A stretch of 64,000 bases of DNA from Dendrobates tinctorius (Eukaryota): NCBI RefSeq assembly GCF_039654945.1, contig NW_027361807.1, forward strand, positions 496,001 to 560,000. Reading direction: 5' to 3'. The notes beneath the pieces are model-generated. The model saw nothing but the letters and a program-made list of their open reading frames with translations, made no database searches and was not told the origin of the DNA. Both the position numbers and the translations under genes were made by a program. Below are positions 63,661-64,000 of the stretch, one piece after another (the first letter of the stretch is position 1; every line of letters begins with the position of its first letter).

Positions 63661-63856
63661 GGCCACGTGCACACGTTGAGTATTTGTTGAGTTTTTTGCC
63701 TCAGTATTGGTAAGTCAAAACCAGGAGTGGGTGATAAGTACAGATGTGGTGATGTGTTTCTATTATATTTTTCCTCTGATTGTTCCACTCCTGGTTTTGG
63801 CTTACAAATACCGATGTAAAATACTGACCAAATACTGAAAGTGTGAATTTGACTTT
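63661..63856. mobile_element. Degenerate palindromic MITE
   Basis: Inverted arms CAGTATTGGTAAGTCAAAACCAGGAGTGG / CCACTCCTGGTTTTGGCTTACAAATAC; starts TA-GGCCACGTGCACAC. Confidence 0.7.
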
Positions 63857-64000
63857 ATAGTCTTATTTTGAACCAAAAAGAATATTTTTTTGCTGTAACA
63901 TGAAAATCAAAAGCATTAAATACATTTTTATTGAAGTTACCTAATAGAATAGGATGACAATATCACCTTATTAATAACTGACTTAAAATGACACAGTCCT

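Overview
Eukaryotic, repeat-dominated DNA with no recognisable host protein-coding gene. The repeat families suggest a vertebrate, probably a frog (inference). Bases 1-12750 are one end of a very large hAT DNA transposon. It has an uninterrupted BED-finger/DDE transposase ORF (8145-11552, minus strand), a TATA/CCAAT promoter and about 8 kb of internal higher-order tandem and inverted repeats. The rest is a nested mosaic: two full-length Tc1 elements, four CR1 LINE fragments, an L1-clade fragment with TSD and poly(A), a Penelope-like (RT/GIY-YIG) fragment, a solo LTR, a SCAN-gag/protease Gypsy remnant, a tRNA-derived SINE, many PIF/Harbinger-type MITEs and TTAA-flanked elements carrying telomere-like (CCCTAA)n tracts. 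The most interesting signal is absent from the ORF track: six minimal hammerhead-ribozyme-like motifs (about 19.6k, 29.2k, 32.7k, 47.8k, 48.5k, 55.2k) in short AT-rich non-coding inserts. Two of them sit in the loop of fold-back elements that share an A-spacer-B-[ribozyme]-B'-A' architecture, consistent with non-autonomous Penelope-type, ribozyme-bearing retroelements. Coordinates were read by eye and may be off by a few bases.
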